Shown: positions 19,397-28,467 of the stretch, in pieces | Layout of the letters: every line of letters begins with the position of its first letter | Position numbering within the stretch: the first letter of the stretch is position 1 | IMG/VR virus record: IMGVR_UViG_3300033183_000090 | Location: 1-59,057 of that record | DNA: 59,057 nucleotides | Origin: a virus | Taxonomy: Duplodnaviria > Caudoviricetes | Reading direction: 5' to 3' (one strand) | Position numbers and translations under genes: made by a program | The notes under the pieces: generated by a model | Told to the model about the DNA's origin: nothing | The model's database searches: none | Seen by the model: the letters and a program-made list of their open reading frames with translations, nothing else

Positions 19397-19690
19397 ATGA
19401 CGAACAAGCAAAAGTATGAACAACTTGAAAAACTACTGAAGACGCAAGGGTGGACAGTCCTCCAAGAGGAAATGCGCAAGTCTATCCTGCAAGCGGCTTT
19501 TCAACTGTCTGAGAAATCAGAGATGTCAGTTGATGAAATACACTTTCGACGCGGTGCCATGTGGGCCGCGAAGAAGTTTCTCGATCTGCCCGAAGCTGTT
19601 AAGGCGCTCCTTAACAATGAAATACTGATGGAAGCAGTGCAGAAAGGCGAGATCAAAACCGATGAGCGCTACGGCCCTCAAAACATGTAA
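19397..19690 (+). CDS. Hypothetical head-module protein
   Basis: GW..L...M / F.RG pattern; lies just before the scaffold gene. Confidence 0.7.
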   Translation: MTNKQKYEQLEKLLKTQGWTVLQEEMRKSILQAAFQLSEKSEMSVDEIHFRRGAMWAAKKFLDLPEAVKALLNNEILMEAVQKGEIKTDERYGPQNM

Positions 19691-19721
19691 CGTCCGCTAC
19701 GGCTGACAAAGGAGTAAGAAA

Positions 19722-20822
19722 ATGGCTACAGTAAATCCACAAATGGATCAGGCAATGATCCAAGATATGGCGGCTAAACAGTTGGGCGCTCCGGCCCCCG
19801 AAGGTGCAATGCCCCCTCAAGGACAGCCAGCGGCACCTCAAGCCGCACCACAGCAACCACAGCAAGACCCTCGCAAAATGGACAGCCCGCCGACTAATCA
19901 GGAGAAAGCGGCAGAGGCACTAGGCCCACAGACTGAAGGTGATCGCGCTCGTGAGGAAGCCTTTATCGAGGTCGATTTTGGCGACGGCAGAAAAGAAGTA
20001 ATGTCAGCCTCTCAGATTGCTGGCATGACAAGCAGGTACAAAGACCTAAACCACAAGAACGCTACCCGTTACAAACCGATGGAACCAGCCATTGGCTTGA
20101 TCGAGCAGATGATGAACAACGCCCGTGCGGCTGGGCATGAACCCAGTGGCAACGACGTTGCTCAATTCCTCGAAGCGGCTATCCGCGCTTACACGTCTAA
20201 CCCGACTATGGGTGACCAGCGCGACCCAACGCCAGATCGTCCGGGTAAGAACAACAGAGATTTCGACAGCCAAATCGAAGCAGAAATCGCTCAATGGGAA
20301 TCTGACAACGCAGTCAACCTCCCGCCAATGTACCGTCAGGGCATGAGCCTCATCCGCCAACTCCAAGCCGAGAACAACGAGATGAAGCAGATGATGTCTG
20401 GCTTCCTGCAACAAGCTCAAGGTGTGAACCAAGAAGCAATGCAGGCAGTTCAAGGTGCCAACCAGAACGCAGACAACGCCTATCGTCAGCGTGCGGCTAA
20501 CAACCTGAACGAAGCCCAGCGCAAGCTAAACCTGCCAGATGACGCAGAAGATGACTTCTTCGATTTCGCTTTTGGTCGTGGTTACACGGTCGAAGACTTT
20601 ATTGATCCAGACTTGACCATGAAGGTCATGTCGGATTTTGCCAACAACCGCGCTACTCCAGAAATGGAGCGGTTACGCGCACTCAACCAACGCCGCCAAG
20701 CGTTCACTGGTATCTCTGGGGCCACGCCTTCTATGGGCGGTCAGTCTCCAGCCGGAGACCCGAACTCAGACTTTATGAACAACGTCGCGGCACAGGCAAT
20801 GCGCAAGCGCGGATTGGCGTAA
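19722..20822 (+). CDS. Putative capsid scaffolding protein
   Basis: Q/P/A-rich, coiled-coil-like, immediately upstream of the major capsid gene. Confidence 0.7.
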   Translation: MATVNPQMDQAMIQDMAAKQLGAPAPEGAMPPQGQPAAPQAAPQQPQQDPRKMDSPPTNQEKAAEALGPQTEGDRAREEAFIEVDFGDGRKEVMSASQIAGMTSRYKDLNHKNATRYKPMEPAIGLIEQMMNNARAAGHEPSGNDVAQFLEAAIRAYTSNPTMGDQRDPTPDRPGKNNRDFDSQIEAEIAQWESDNAVNLPPMYRQGMSLIRQLQAENNEMKQMMSGFLQQAQGVNQEAMQAVQGANQNADNAYRQRAANNLNEAQRKLNLPDDAEDDFFDFAFGRGYTVEDFIDPDLTMKVMSDFANNRATPEMERLRALNQRRQAFTGISGATPSMGGQSPAGDPNSDFMNNVAAQAMRKRGLA

Positions 20823-20830
20823 AATAAATT

Positions 20831-20872
20831 TCAGGAACAGGGACGACAAATCACCTGTTCCTGACTTTTAAT
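20831..20872 (+). promoter_or_regulatory. Terminator-like hairpin with embedded GGGACGAC-N19-TTTAAT promoter
   Basis: TCAGGAACAGG/CCTGTTCCTGA stem then CTTTT; motif at 20840-20847. Confidence 0.65.
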
Positions 20873-21021
20873 ACAGGTAAGGAAGCACGAGTCGCTACGG
20901 CCACCCGCCTTTCTGTAAAAGGGAAATGCAAGTCTTCACTGTGGCTGGAGTCCAGAAGATGAGCAGTATGCCCAGCAAAACGCAACATGTTTAACCAATG
21001 CACGTCTGAAGGAGATTCGTT

Positions 21022-22200
21022 ATGACTGCAATCACTGGTTTGCGTGGGACTGGTCAGTTTAGTGTTGACTTCCGCCCCACCAATTATCGAGAGTTGTTTA
21101 CTCTCTTGGAGCCTAACGGTACTGCACCTTTGCAAGCTCTGCTCGCAATGGCTGGTTCCGAGGCAACTGACGACCCTAAGTACAACCACTTCCGTGATGA
21201 ACTGCCTGATCGTAAGTTGACCGTCAACGGCGCAATCGCATCTACCTCTACTGGGGCAGTTGTGGTGAACTCGTCTGACGACCTTAACTTCGTCGTATCG
21301 GGTGCTGTCATTGTGAACGTAGACACTGGCGAAGTTATGCACGCCACTGCCAACGCAAACACTGGCACGAACACCATCACTGTAGACCGTAACATCGGCG
21401 GTACTTCACATCAGATCGCGGATGGCGCGAACCTGATTATCGCTGGCTTTGCGGACTCTGAAGGTGGTTCTAGCCCGACAGCTATCAGCTTCGATCCGAC
21501 CACTGACTACAACTACACGCAAATCTTTAAGACTGCGGTACAGGTCAGCGGCACCTTGCAGAACACTTATCTGCGCACTGGTGACAAGGAGCAGGAGCAA
21601 CTGACTAAGGCACTGAAACTTCACATGGGCGACATCGAACGCGCCATGTTCTTCGGTGTACGTCACGAAGCTAACGGCTCGTCTGCTTCGCCGACTCGTT
21701 ACACTGGCGGTCTGAAGAACCAGATCACTAACGTAACTGACGGTGCATCTTACGGCGCTACTGCTAACACCATCACTGAGAAAGAGTTTGACCGCCTGTT
21801 GATCGAAGACATCTTCGCTTACGGCGCAAACGAGAAAGTCGCTTTCTGTGGCGCTCGTGTCATCTCCAACTTGATGGAAATCGGCAAGAACCGCTGGCAA
21901 CCAACTCAGATCGACAACGCATACGGCGTATCGCTTTCGCGCTACACCACTTACGCTGGCGACCTGTTGGTTTACATGCACCCAATGTTCCGTCAGGTTC
22001 CGGGCATGGATCAGGAAATGATCGTTCTCGATATGGCAGAACTGAAGTACCGCTACATGCAGGGTCGTGACACCCAGCTTATCCGCGATATTCAGGCTCC
22101 TGACTTCGACGGCGTCAAGCACATGTACCAAACGGAGTGTGGTCTGGAAATGACCCAAGCCAAGGTACACCACCGCATCAAAGGCTGGGCGGCAGTCTAA
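21022..22200 (+). CDS. Major capsid protein (SU10/DUF5309-like)
   Basis: NYTQIFKTAV.VSGT, K..IERAMFFG, RYTGGL, ECGLE; flanked by strong RBS and terminator. Confidence 0.9.
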   Translation: MTAITGLRGTGQFSVDFRPTNYRELFTLLEPNGTAPLQALLAMAGSEATDDPKYNHFRDELPDRKLTVNGAIASTSTGAVVVNSSDDLNFVVSGAVIVNVDTGEVMHATANANTGTNTITVDRNIGGTSHQIADGANLIIAGFADSEGGSSPTAISFDPTTDYNYTQIFKTAVQVSGTLQNTYLRTGDKEQEQLTKALKLHMGDIERAMFFGVRHEANGSSASPTRYTGGLKNQITNVTDGASYGATANTITEKEFDRLLIEDIFAYGANEKVAFCGARVISNLMEIGKNRWQPTQIDNAYGVSLSRYTTYAGDLLVYMHPMFRQVPGMDQEMIVLDMAELKYRYMQGRDTQLIRDIQAPDFDGVKHMYQTECGLEMTQAKVHHRIKGWAAV

Positions 22201-22208
22201 TCCCGATA

Positions 22209-22241
22209 GGGACGACTTCCAGAGCCTTGTGGCGATAAACT
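22209..22241 (+). promoter_or_regulatory. Putative late promoter GGGACGAC-N19-TAAACT
   Basis: Intergenic copy of the repeated motif. Confidence 0.65.
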
Positions 22242-22268
22242 GGGGCAGGAGCAATCCTGCCCCTTTTT
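22242..22268 (+). terminator. Intrinsic terminator after the major capsid gene
   Basis: GGGGCAGGA-GCAA-TCCTGCCCC-TTTTT. Confidence 0.85.
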
Positions 22269-22285
22269 GTATGTAGGAGATAAGG

Positions 22286-22606
22286 ATGACCGAATCCGAA
22301 GTCGAAACCGTTACTGAAACTAAAGTTGACCGTAACAAGGAAAATACCAAGGCGGCTACGGCGGCCAAGAAGACTGCGGCTATGAAGACTGCGGCGACCG
22401 TCCCACCTAAGTCTGAGGTGGTTCTGTTTGTTTCTGCGGGCCAAGAAATCCGCCAATTTGACATCACCGTCGCAGGCCAGCGCATCGACGCTTTCTGGGA
22501 CGAGAAGCACGAACACCTATGCTGGCGCGTACCGACCGCACTGGCTGATCGGTTCGCAATGCACGAGTTTGTCGTGCGCGGACGCATCCTACGCGCAGAG
22601 GGCTAA
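22286..22606 (+). CDS. Hypothetical virion-module protein
   Basis: AGGAG RBS; K/A/T-rich N-terminus. Confidence 0.7.
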   Translation: MTESEVETVTETKVDRNKENTKAATAAKKTAAMKTAATVPPKSEVVLFVSAGQEIRQFDITVAGQRIDAFWDEKHEHLCWRVPTALADRFAMHEFVVRGRILRAEG

Positions 22607-22609
22607 CCT

Positions 22610-23248
22610 ATGGCAACGGCACCAAGAACTTACCCACTCGCCTCGATTAGAGGCGACAAACCAAAGAATGACGACCCCCGTCACACTGGTAGCGACGGTA
22701 CGTCTCAGGTTGGTGCCATTGACCTCAAAGGCCCGACTAACGCAAACACTTCGCAGACTGCTGACAAAGCATGGCGCGAGAATGAGCAGGCTCGTGAGAA
22801 GCGTAACCGTTACTCGTCTAACAACCCGTATCTCAAGGAGCCTTACTCACCTCTCGAACCACTGGTAATGCAGGCGCTTCGTCGCTATGGCGACATGCAC
22901 CCCGGCACAGTGGACGGCGAAGTGATGATGATGTTTATCGAATTTGCGAACCTCATCATTGAAGACTTGCGTGCGCATCCATACTGGGACAACCCAGAAA
23001 TCGACTACTACACACACCCCACAGAGTGGCGGGCGATCCCAGATAACATCATTGTTTCTGGCCTCCTCTATCACTACGCGGTGCAACAGCAGTCGAACAA
23101 GATCGAAGCCTACGGCCCGATGTACTTCAAAATGATGAACCGTGTTCTGTACAACCGCAAATACGGCTCTGGCAAAATCGAGATGTCGCCTTGGGATAAG
23201 TCTCAGGCTCCGACTGGCTCGATGACATACGATCAGCGCAGGAGTTAG
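22610..23248 (+). CDS. Putative head-tail adaptor
   Basis: Size and position between capsid and nozzle genes. Confidence 0.55.
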   Translation: MATAPRTYPLASIRGDKPKNDDPRHTGSDGTSQVGAIDLKGPTNANTSQTADKAWRENEQAREKRNRYSSNNPYLKEPYSPLEPLVMQALRRYGDMHPGTVDGEVMMMFIEFANLIIEDLRAHPYWDNPEIDYYTHPTEWRAIPDNIIVSGLLYHYAVQQQSNKIEAYGPMYFKMMNRVLYNRKYGSGKIEMSPWDKSQAPTGSMTYDQRRS

Positions 23249-23251
23249 TGA

Positions 23252-24742
23252 ATGTCGACGACGTATGCTCCGTCAGGCGTAAACATCAAAGTCTACCCCT
23301 ACGAAGACTTTCAGGGGATTGATGCTTCGCGTGACAAAGGCGCACTCGACACAGGTCAGAAACAGCACCTAGTCGAAATCAAAGACGGCTTCGCAGACTG
23401 GCGTGGCGCATTGGTGCGCGATCCCGGAGCCTTGCCGCGCACAGAGGGCAACAAGTACATCAAGCGCGTCAGCTTCTTTGGCCGCGACTTAGCAGTATGG
23501 GCGCAAGTAGACGGCGGCGGTACAACGCTAAAGTCTGAGCGCGACCATGTACAGTATGAGGTTTACCCGAGAAACGCTGTCGTCACGTCAACTGTTTACA
23601 ACAGCAAAGTGATATTTGGTTCACGCGACTATCCAATGTACCAGTATGATGGCTTCTCATGGAAGGTTATCGACGCCAACTCTGATCCTCGCCCTGCTTA
23701 CATTGTGTCCATCCAGCGCAGACTAGCGATTGCCGGGATGCCCGGTAAGCGCACGATCATCGACTTTAGCCGCGTAGACGAAGAAAATGTTTTCACAGAT
23801 GATGAAGATGATACGAATGTGGCTGTCACCAAGGCCGCAGACATCGACGTTGCGAACATTATCGGCACGGCGGACGAGATCAAAGGACTTGGAGTATTTG
23901 AGAACAGCCGCCTTGCGGTTTTCACAAACGACCAGACTCTGGTCTACCAACTACACCCAGACTATTCACTTTGGCAGATCGACGACAAGGCCAACATCAA
24001 GATCGGAACCATCTCGCACAACACAATAGTGCAGGCTGGAACCGACCTGATGTTCTGTTCTCGGGACGGCGTACACTCCCTGCGCCGTTCCGAGACGAAC
24101 GGTATCACCATCTATACGGTGCCAATGTCCAACAAGATCGACTTGATCTACCGCGACCTTCTGCGCCAAGTCGACGACCTAGAAAAAATCAGCGCCTTCT
24201 ACGACCAAGACGAAGGCCAGTATCACATATTCTTCCCCGTCTCCACGCAGATCACAAAGAGACTTACTCTGTCCCTCAACCCTGTTCAGGGCGGCGAGTC
24301 AAAGTGGTCAAGTGGAGAGTTCCTCAATGCAACCTGTGGCGTCCAGCTAGGCGGTAAAACCCTGCTCGGCACTCCGGGTGGTATCTGGGAGCGCTTCCAA
24401 ATTGAAGACGAGGTTGAATTTAGCCCCGAGATGGTAGTTACCACGCCAATCCTTTGGCAGGGTGCCATCAACGACATCAAAGAAAGCTACAGCTTTATCT
24501 TGCAGGCAACTGGCAAAGGGGAACTGCAAGTCGAAGCATTTGACGAGAGGGGCCGATACTTATCAGCGATGCAGTTCCTGATCGAAGATGGCGGTGCGGA
24601 CGACAAGTTCCCCGATGTTCCGCTATCAAGGCAGTATGAGCGAAAGTTTGAACACCGCTACCGTGGTGTACAGTTTCGACTTACGACCCGAGGAAAGGGA
24701 TTGCTCAAGATTATCGGCTTCGCTGTGACTGTGAGGAGTTAA
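23252..24742 (+). CDS. Putative tail nozzle/stabilisation protein (P22 gp10-like)
   Basis: Beta-rich, 496 aa; G..S..TIV...DL.F.S.DGVHSL pattern; position. Confidence 0.65.
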   Translation: MSTTYAPSGVNIKVYPYEDFQGIDASRDKGALDTGQKQHLVEIKDGFADWRGALVRDPGALPRTEGNKYIKRVSFFGRDLAVWAQVDGGGTTLKSERDHVQYEVYPRNAVVTSTVYNSKVIFGSRDYPMYQYDGFSWKVIDANSDPRPAYIVSIQRRLAIAGMPGKRTIIDFSRVDEENVFTDDEDDTNVAVTKAADIDVANIIGTADEIKGLGVFENSRLAVFTNDQTLVYQLHPDYSLWQIDDKANIKIGTISHNTIVQAGTDLMFCSRDGVHSLRRSETNGITIYTVPMSNKIDLIYRDLLRQVDDLEKISAFYDQDEGQYHIFFPVSTQITKRLTLSLNPVQGGESKWSSGEFLNATCGVQLGGKTLLGTPGGIWERFQIEDEVEFSPEMVVTTPILWQGAINDIKESYSFILQATGKGELQVEAFDERGRYLSAMQFLIEDGGADDKFPDVPLSRQYERKFEHRYRGVQFRLTTRGKGLLKIIGFAVTVRS

Positions 24743-24743
24743 A

Positions 24744-26603
24744 ATGGCACGTCTAAGACAACAGCATCCCCAGAACTATGTGAACTCGGGGAACATTCAC
24801 ACGGATTTCGAGAACGTCATCCGTTACATCAACGCGGCAGAACTTGGCGACAAAACAGTCGGTGAGCTTTTTGCCATCCTGTTTAACGAGGAAGGTGTAT
24901 TCCGTGGCCCAGTCCAGATGCGCGTTGACTCTACCAACGGGCTTCAGTTCCGCGTCGGTATGTACGCAGGGGAAGATGAAGGCTGGCAAGACCTCGTCTC
25001 GATCACAGACTTGCGCGGCCCTTCTGGCTCCAACGCAGGCGTGGTCGAAGGCCCGTTCTTCTACAACCGCCAAGACTTCAACATCACCACGGGTGTCTCG
25101 GTAATCATCCTAGACCCTGCTGGCGGCGGCAGTCTTTACTCAGCGGTCGATAACCCGACGGTTTCTTTCTCCGCACCAGAAGACAGCAACGGCTCGGTTC
25201 CCACGGCAACCGCGACTATTGATCCTGTAGCAGGGACAGTAACAGCCATCACGGTGACATCTCCCGGCTCTGGCTACCTCAACGCGCCGACTGTTACCAT
25301 TAGTAACCCTGTGAACGCAGGCGGCACAGCCGCAACAGCAACAGCGACGCTGGCGGCTGTACCTGCAAGCGCGGCCACTATTGGTTACAACTTTGACGCC
25401 GACACCGACGATGTTGTTGTATATAAAAACGGCCTACTCCTCGCCGAACTAACAAACGCTGGCACAAGCGAGTACACAAAGAACTCTGCGGCTAATCAGA
25501 TCGTGATTGACCCAGCGGTAGGAGCGGCGCTCGCTGACAAGTTTACGATCTATTCTGTACGCTCGCAGTCAGTTACCAACTTCCGTCGTCAGGATACGGA
25601 TATTAACGGTGCTACTTCGACCGTCCCATTCGTACACACAGCAGAAGAGAAAATCCTAGTCTGGCGCAACGGTATCCTTCAGGAAGAAGGTGGCGCGGCT
25701 GACTACTTGGCTAACCCGAACTCAAACACCATCACCTTCCTCGACGCTGGCGGCCTAGTCGTGGGCGACAAGATCAGCGTCCTGACTGTTGAGAACCAAG
25801 CGCTCAAAACAGTTGGCGGCCTGATGTTTGAGGAGGAGTACACCGATGCTTCCGGCTTTATCAAATGGGCAAAGATCGCGGTGCTTGATGACGAGATTCC
25901 GCAATCGAAGGTATCTAACCTCTCTGGCTCTCTTGCGACTAAGGCAAACATTAAGTCGCAGTCGACCTCGCCAGCATCGCCGACTACTGGTGACTTGTGG
26001 CTGGATACTTCTCTTGCGCCTTCTATCCTGAAGTTCTACGACGGTACTCAGTGGCTCGAAACATCGCCTGAATCCTCACTGCCGACATTCGTTCAAACGA
26101 ACGCAAACCAGTACGTCCGTGTAAATGGTACTGGTACGGCACTTGAGTATGGCGACATCGACTTCTCAGCACTCGTTCCTAAAACCTACATGGGCGCGGC
26201 GAACGGGGTGGCTACTCTGGACACTGGCGGTAAGATGCCAGTCAGCCAGTTGCCTGAGACTTTCTCGACCACCACGATCCCGTTCTTCTCAGTACACGAA
26301 GACAGCGCGGCTGGCATTGGTAATAAGACTTACTTTGTTACACGCCTGTTCAAGCAGACTATCCGCATCGACGGCATCGCCTACAAACTGAACGCAGGCT
26401 CTTGCACGATACAGTTGTCTGTAGATGGTGTGCCTGTTGGCAACACTTACGCTGTAACGACTACTGAGCAAAGTGAGAACCTAGCTACGGTTATCGAGAT
26501 CGACTCCACCGCAAACAGTAAGCGTCTGGAGTTGGTGGTTACTAACAACAGCGGAGGCCAATCTCTTGAGGTGGCTATCGCGGCGGCAACGGTGAACGTC
26601 TAA
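24744..26603 (+). CDS. Tail fibre/appendage protein
   Basis: ITVTSPGSGY..APTVTI, VYKNG, TGDLWLDT...LKFYDG.QW, GVATLD..GK.P..QLP motifs. Confidence 0.75.
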   Translation: MARLRQQHPQNYVNSGNIHTDFENVIRYINAAELGDKTVGELFAILFNEEGVFRGPVQMRVDSTNGLQFRVGMYAGEDEGWQDLVSITDLRGPSGSNAGVVEGPFFYNRQDFNITTGVSVIILDPAGGGSLYSAVDNPTVSFSAPEDSNGSVPTATATIDPVAGTVTAITVTSPGSGYLNAPTVTISNPVNAGGTAATATATLAAVPASAATIGYNFDADTDDVVVYKNGLLLAELTNAGTSEYTKNSAANQIVIDPAVGAALADKFTIYSVRSQSVTNFRRQDTDINGATSTVPFVHTAEEKILVWRNGILQEEGGAADYLANPNSNTITFLDAGGLVVGDKISVLTVENQALKTVGGLMFEEEYTDASGFIKWAKIAVLDDEIPQSKVSNLSGSLATKANIKSQSTSPASPTTGDLWLDTSLAPSILKFYDGTQWLETSPESSLPTFVQTNANQYVRVNGTGTALEYGDIDFSALVPKTYMGAANGVATLDTGGKMPVSQLPETFSTTTIPFFSVHEDSAAGIGNKTYFVTRLFKQTIRIDGIAYKLNAGSCTIQLSVDGVPVGNTYAVTTTEQSENLATVIEIDSTANSKRLELVVTNNSGGQSLEVAIAAATVNV

Positions 26604-27583
26604 TGGCTACAACTATCCCCGGAATGTCAGACTTAGTACCCCACCATCTAGCGATGGAAGGTGGGGATGACTCGCTAGTCTACGCAGAGACTGGCGAACT
26701 TGTTATCCCGCTCAAAGTCCAGAGAGAACACCCGGCTCTGGTTCTTGCGGCGATGCAAGCCATCCAGAAATCTGGGGGTAACCCATCCCAATACTTCGTT
26801 GGCTCTAAGCAGGGCAACTACAACGACAAGACTGGACAACAGCAATTCGGGTGGGAAGATTGGATTATCAACGGGGTCGACTGGCTGGCAGATTCTCGCG
26901 TCGGTCAATCAGTAGCAAGCGCGGCAGTAACTTACGGAACCTCAAAACTAACTGGTGCATCAAACAAGCAAGCCCTAGCCTCCGCCGCAGGCGCTGGCCT
27001 TGGCTATTACGCGGGCGATGCAATCGGACAGGGCTTTGAGAACCTGACCTACAACAGGGACAACAAAGACGCGATTACTGCTGGGACAATGGACGAGCGT
27101 GGCTTCTTTTACACACCAGAGGCCGCCGCACGAACAGCGCCATCTGGCGGGGTGGGCGATGCCTTCTTGAACTTGTACGAGAACATGTCGACTGCTGGTA
27201 TGACAGGCGCTGGCCTCGGCGCTTCTGCTGGCTACATGCTTGGCGCACCAAAGCCAAACATTCCAAAACTAGACCTGTCACCAGCCGATAGTGAACTGGA
27301 TAACATCCCAACCAGTACGCCGACTGAGACCATCGACACCTACTTCAATGACAATGAAGCGGCAAACCAGAGCGCGACTCTTCCGACTGCTTACCCTGTG
27401 GGGGCAATGACGCCATCAGGTTTAAGCGGAAATGTGAACTACAAAACCAAAGTAAAAGACCGCGATACTGGTCAATACAATTACGTTAATCTTGACAACA
27501 ACGACGCGGCGGCCTTCTCGCGCTCTTTGCAAAATGCAAACAGGCGTAGACGGATCGGCTTCGGGGACAGAATCATTATATGA
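26603..27583 (+). CDS. Putative internal virion (ejection) protein
   Basis: GGDD.LV...GELVIP...N.KTG..QF N-terminal motif; Gly/Ala-rich hydrophobic segments. Confidence 0.6.
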   Translation: MATTIPGMSDLVPHHLAMEGGDDSLVYAETGELVIPLKVQREHPALVLAAMQAIQKSGGNPSQYFVGSKQGNYNDKTGQQQFGWEDWIINGVDWLADSRVGQSVASAAVTYGTSKLTGASNKQALASAAGAGLGYYAGDAIGQGFENLTYNRDNKDAITAGTMDERGFFYTPEAAARTAPSGGVGDAFLNLYENMSTAGMTGAGLGASAGYMLGAPKPNIPKLDLSPADSELDNIPTSTPTETIDTYFNDNEAANQSATLPTAYPVGAMTPSGLSGNVNYKTKVKDRDTGQYNYVNLDNNDAAAFSRSLQNANRRRRIGFGDRIII

Positions 27584-28023
27584 TCCGACTTGCAACGCAT
27601 GACGATGTAGAAAAAAGTGTAGAAATAGGCATCAAGTTCGCACAGGACAGCTATTACGGCACGATGCCTATAGACCGCCAGAAGATGCTAGACATGGCAG
27701 ACTGGGCGGTAGAAGCACCCGACTGGTTATTCCTAGTCTCAGAAGAAGACGGGGAGCAGGTCGGGTTTTTTTCTGCCTACCTCGACACTTCGATGTTCGG
27801 CCCAGCCGTCATCGCCATGCAACACCTCATGTACATACTTCCAGAACACCGTCACGGCATGACTGCTGTAAGGTTTCTGAAAGAATTTGAGAAGTGGGCA
27901 AGGGAGGTAGGAGCAGACAATCTGTACTTTGCGACTAGCGCCTTCGTCGACAACAGGTTCCACGCCCTAGCGGAGCGAATGGGCTTCGACTACATCGGGC
28001 CACAATTCGGCAAGAAGTTATGA
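27580..28023 (+). CDS. GNAT-family acetyltransferase 1
   Basis: MIRLA..DD, YI.PEHRHG..A.R.L..FE.WA, RMGF. Confidence 0.85.
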   Translation: MIRLATHDDVEKSVEIGIKFAQDSYYGTMPIDRQKMLDMADWAVEAPDWLFLVSEEDGEQVGFFSAYLDTSMFGPAVIAMQHLMYILPEHRHGMTAVRFLKEFEKWAREVGADNLYFATSAFVDNRFHALAERMGFDYIGPQFGKKL

Positions 28024-28466
28024 TTAGACTGGCTAAGCCTTCGGACATAGAACAGTCAGTAGAGCTTGGTCGTCAAATGTACCAACAGAGCATCTACTCA
28101 AAGTACCCATGGGACAACGAGAAGGCCACCAACATGGCCCTTCGCTATGGGAAAGATTCTGACAAATTATTTCTTGTGAAAGAACACGACGACAGGATCG
28201 TCGGGTTTCTCCTTGCGAACATAGGCTACCACTTCTACGGGCCAGCCAAAGTCGCATACGAACAGTTGTTCTATATACACCCAATGCACCGTGGCGGCAG
28301 TACCGCTGTTCGCATGATGAAGAAGCTCGAACACTGGGCCAGATTTAACGAGTGCGACCTTATCTGCTTCGGACAATCTGCCGAAGGGGTGGACGACAGA
28401 TGGAACAAGTTTTGCCAAAATCTAGGCTACAGCCCTGTGGGGACAACTTTCTTTAAGGATTTGTGA
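28020..28466 (+). CDS. GNAT-family acetyltransferase 2 (paralogue)
   Basis: MIRLA..DI, FYIHPMHRGG..AVRM...LE.WA, LGY. Confidence 0.85.
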   Translation: MIRLAKPSDIEQSVELGRQMYQQSIYSKYPWDNEKATNMALRYGKDSDKLFLVKEHDDRIVGFLLANIGYHFYGPAKVAYEQLFYIHPMHRGGSTAVRMMKKLEHWARFNECDLICFGQSAEGVDDRWNKFCQNLGYSPVGTTFFKDL

Positions 28467-28467
28467 G

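Noticed and set aside
21406-22587. 393-aa antisense ORF over the capsid gene (also 4226-4981 and 34062-34784)
   Set aside because: Shadow ORFs opposite well-supported genes; no RBS or recognisable motifs, and explained by codon bias
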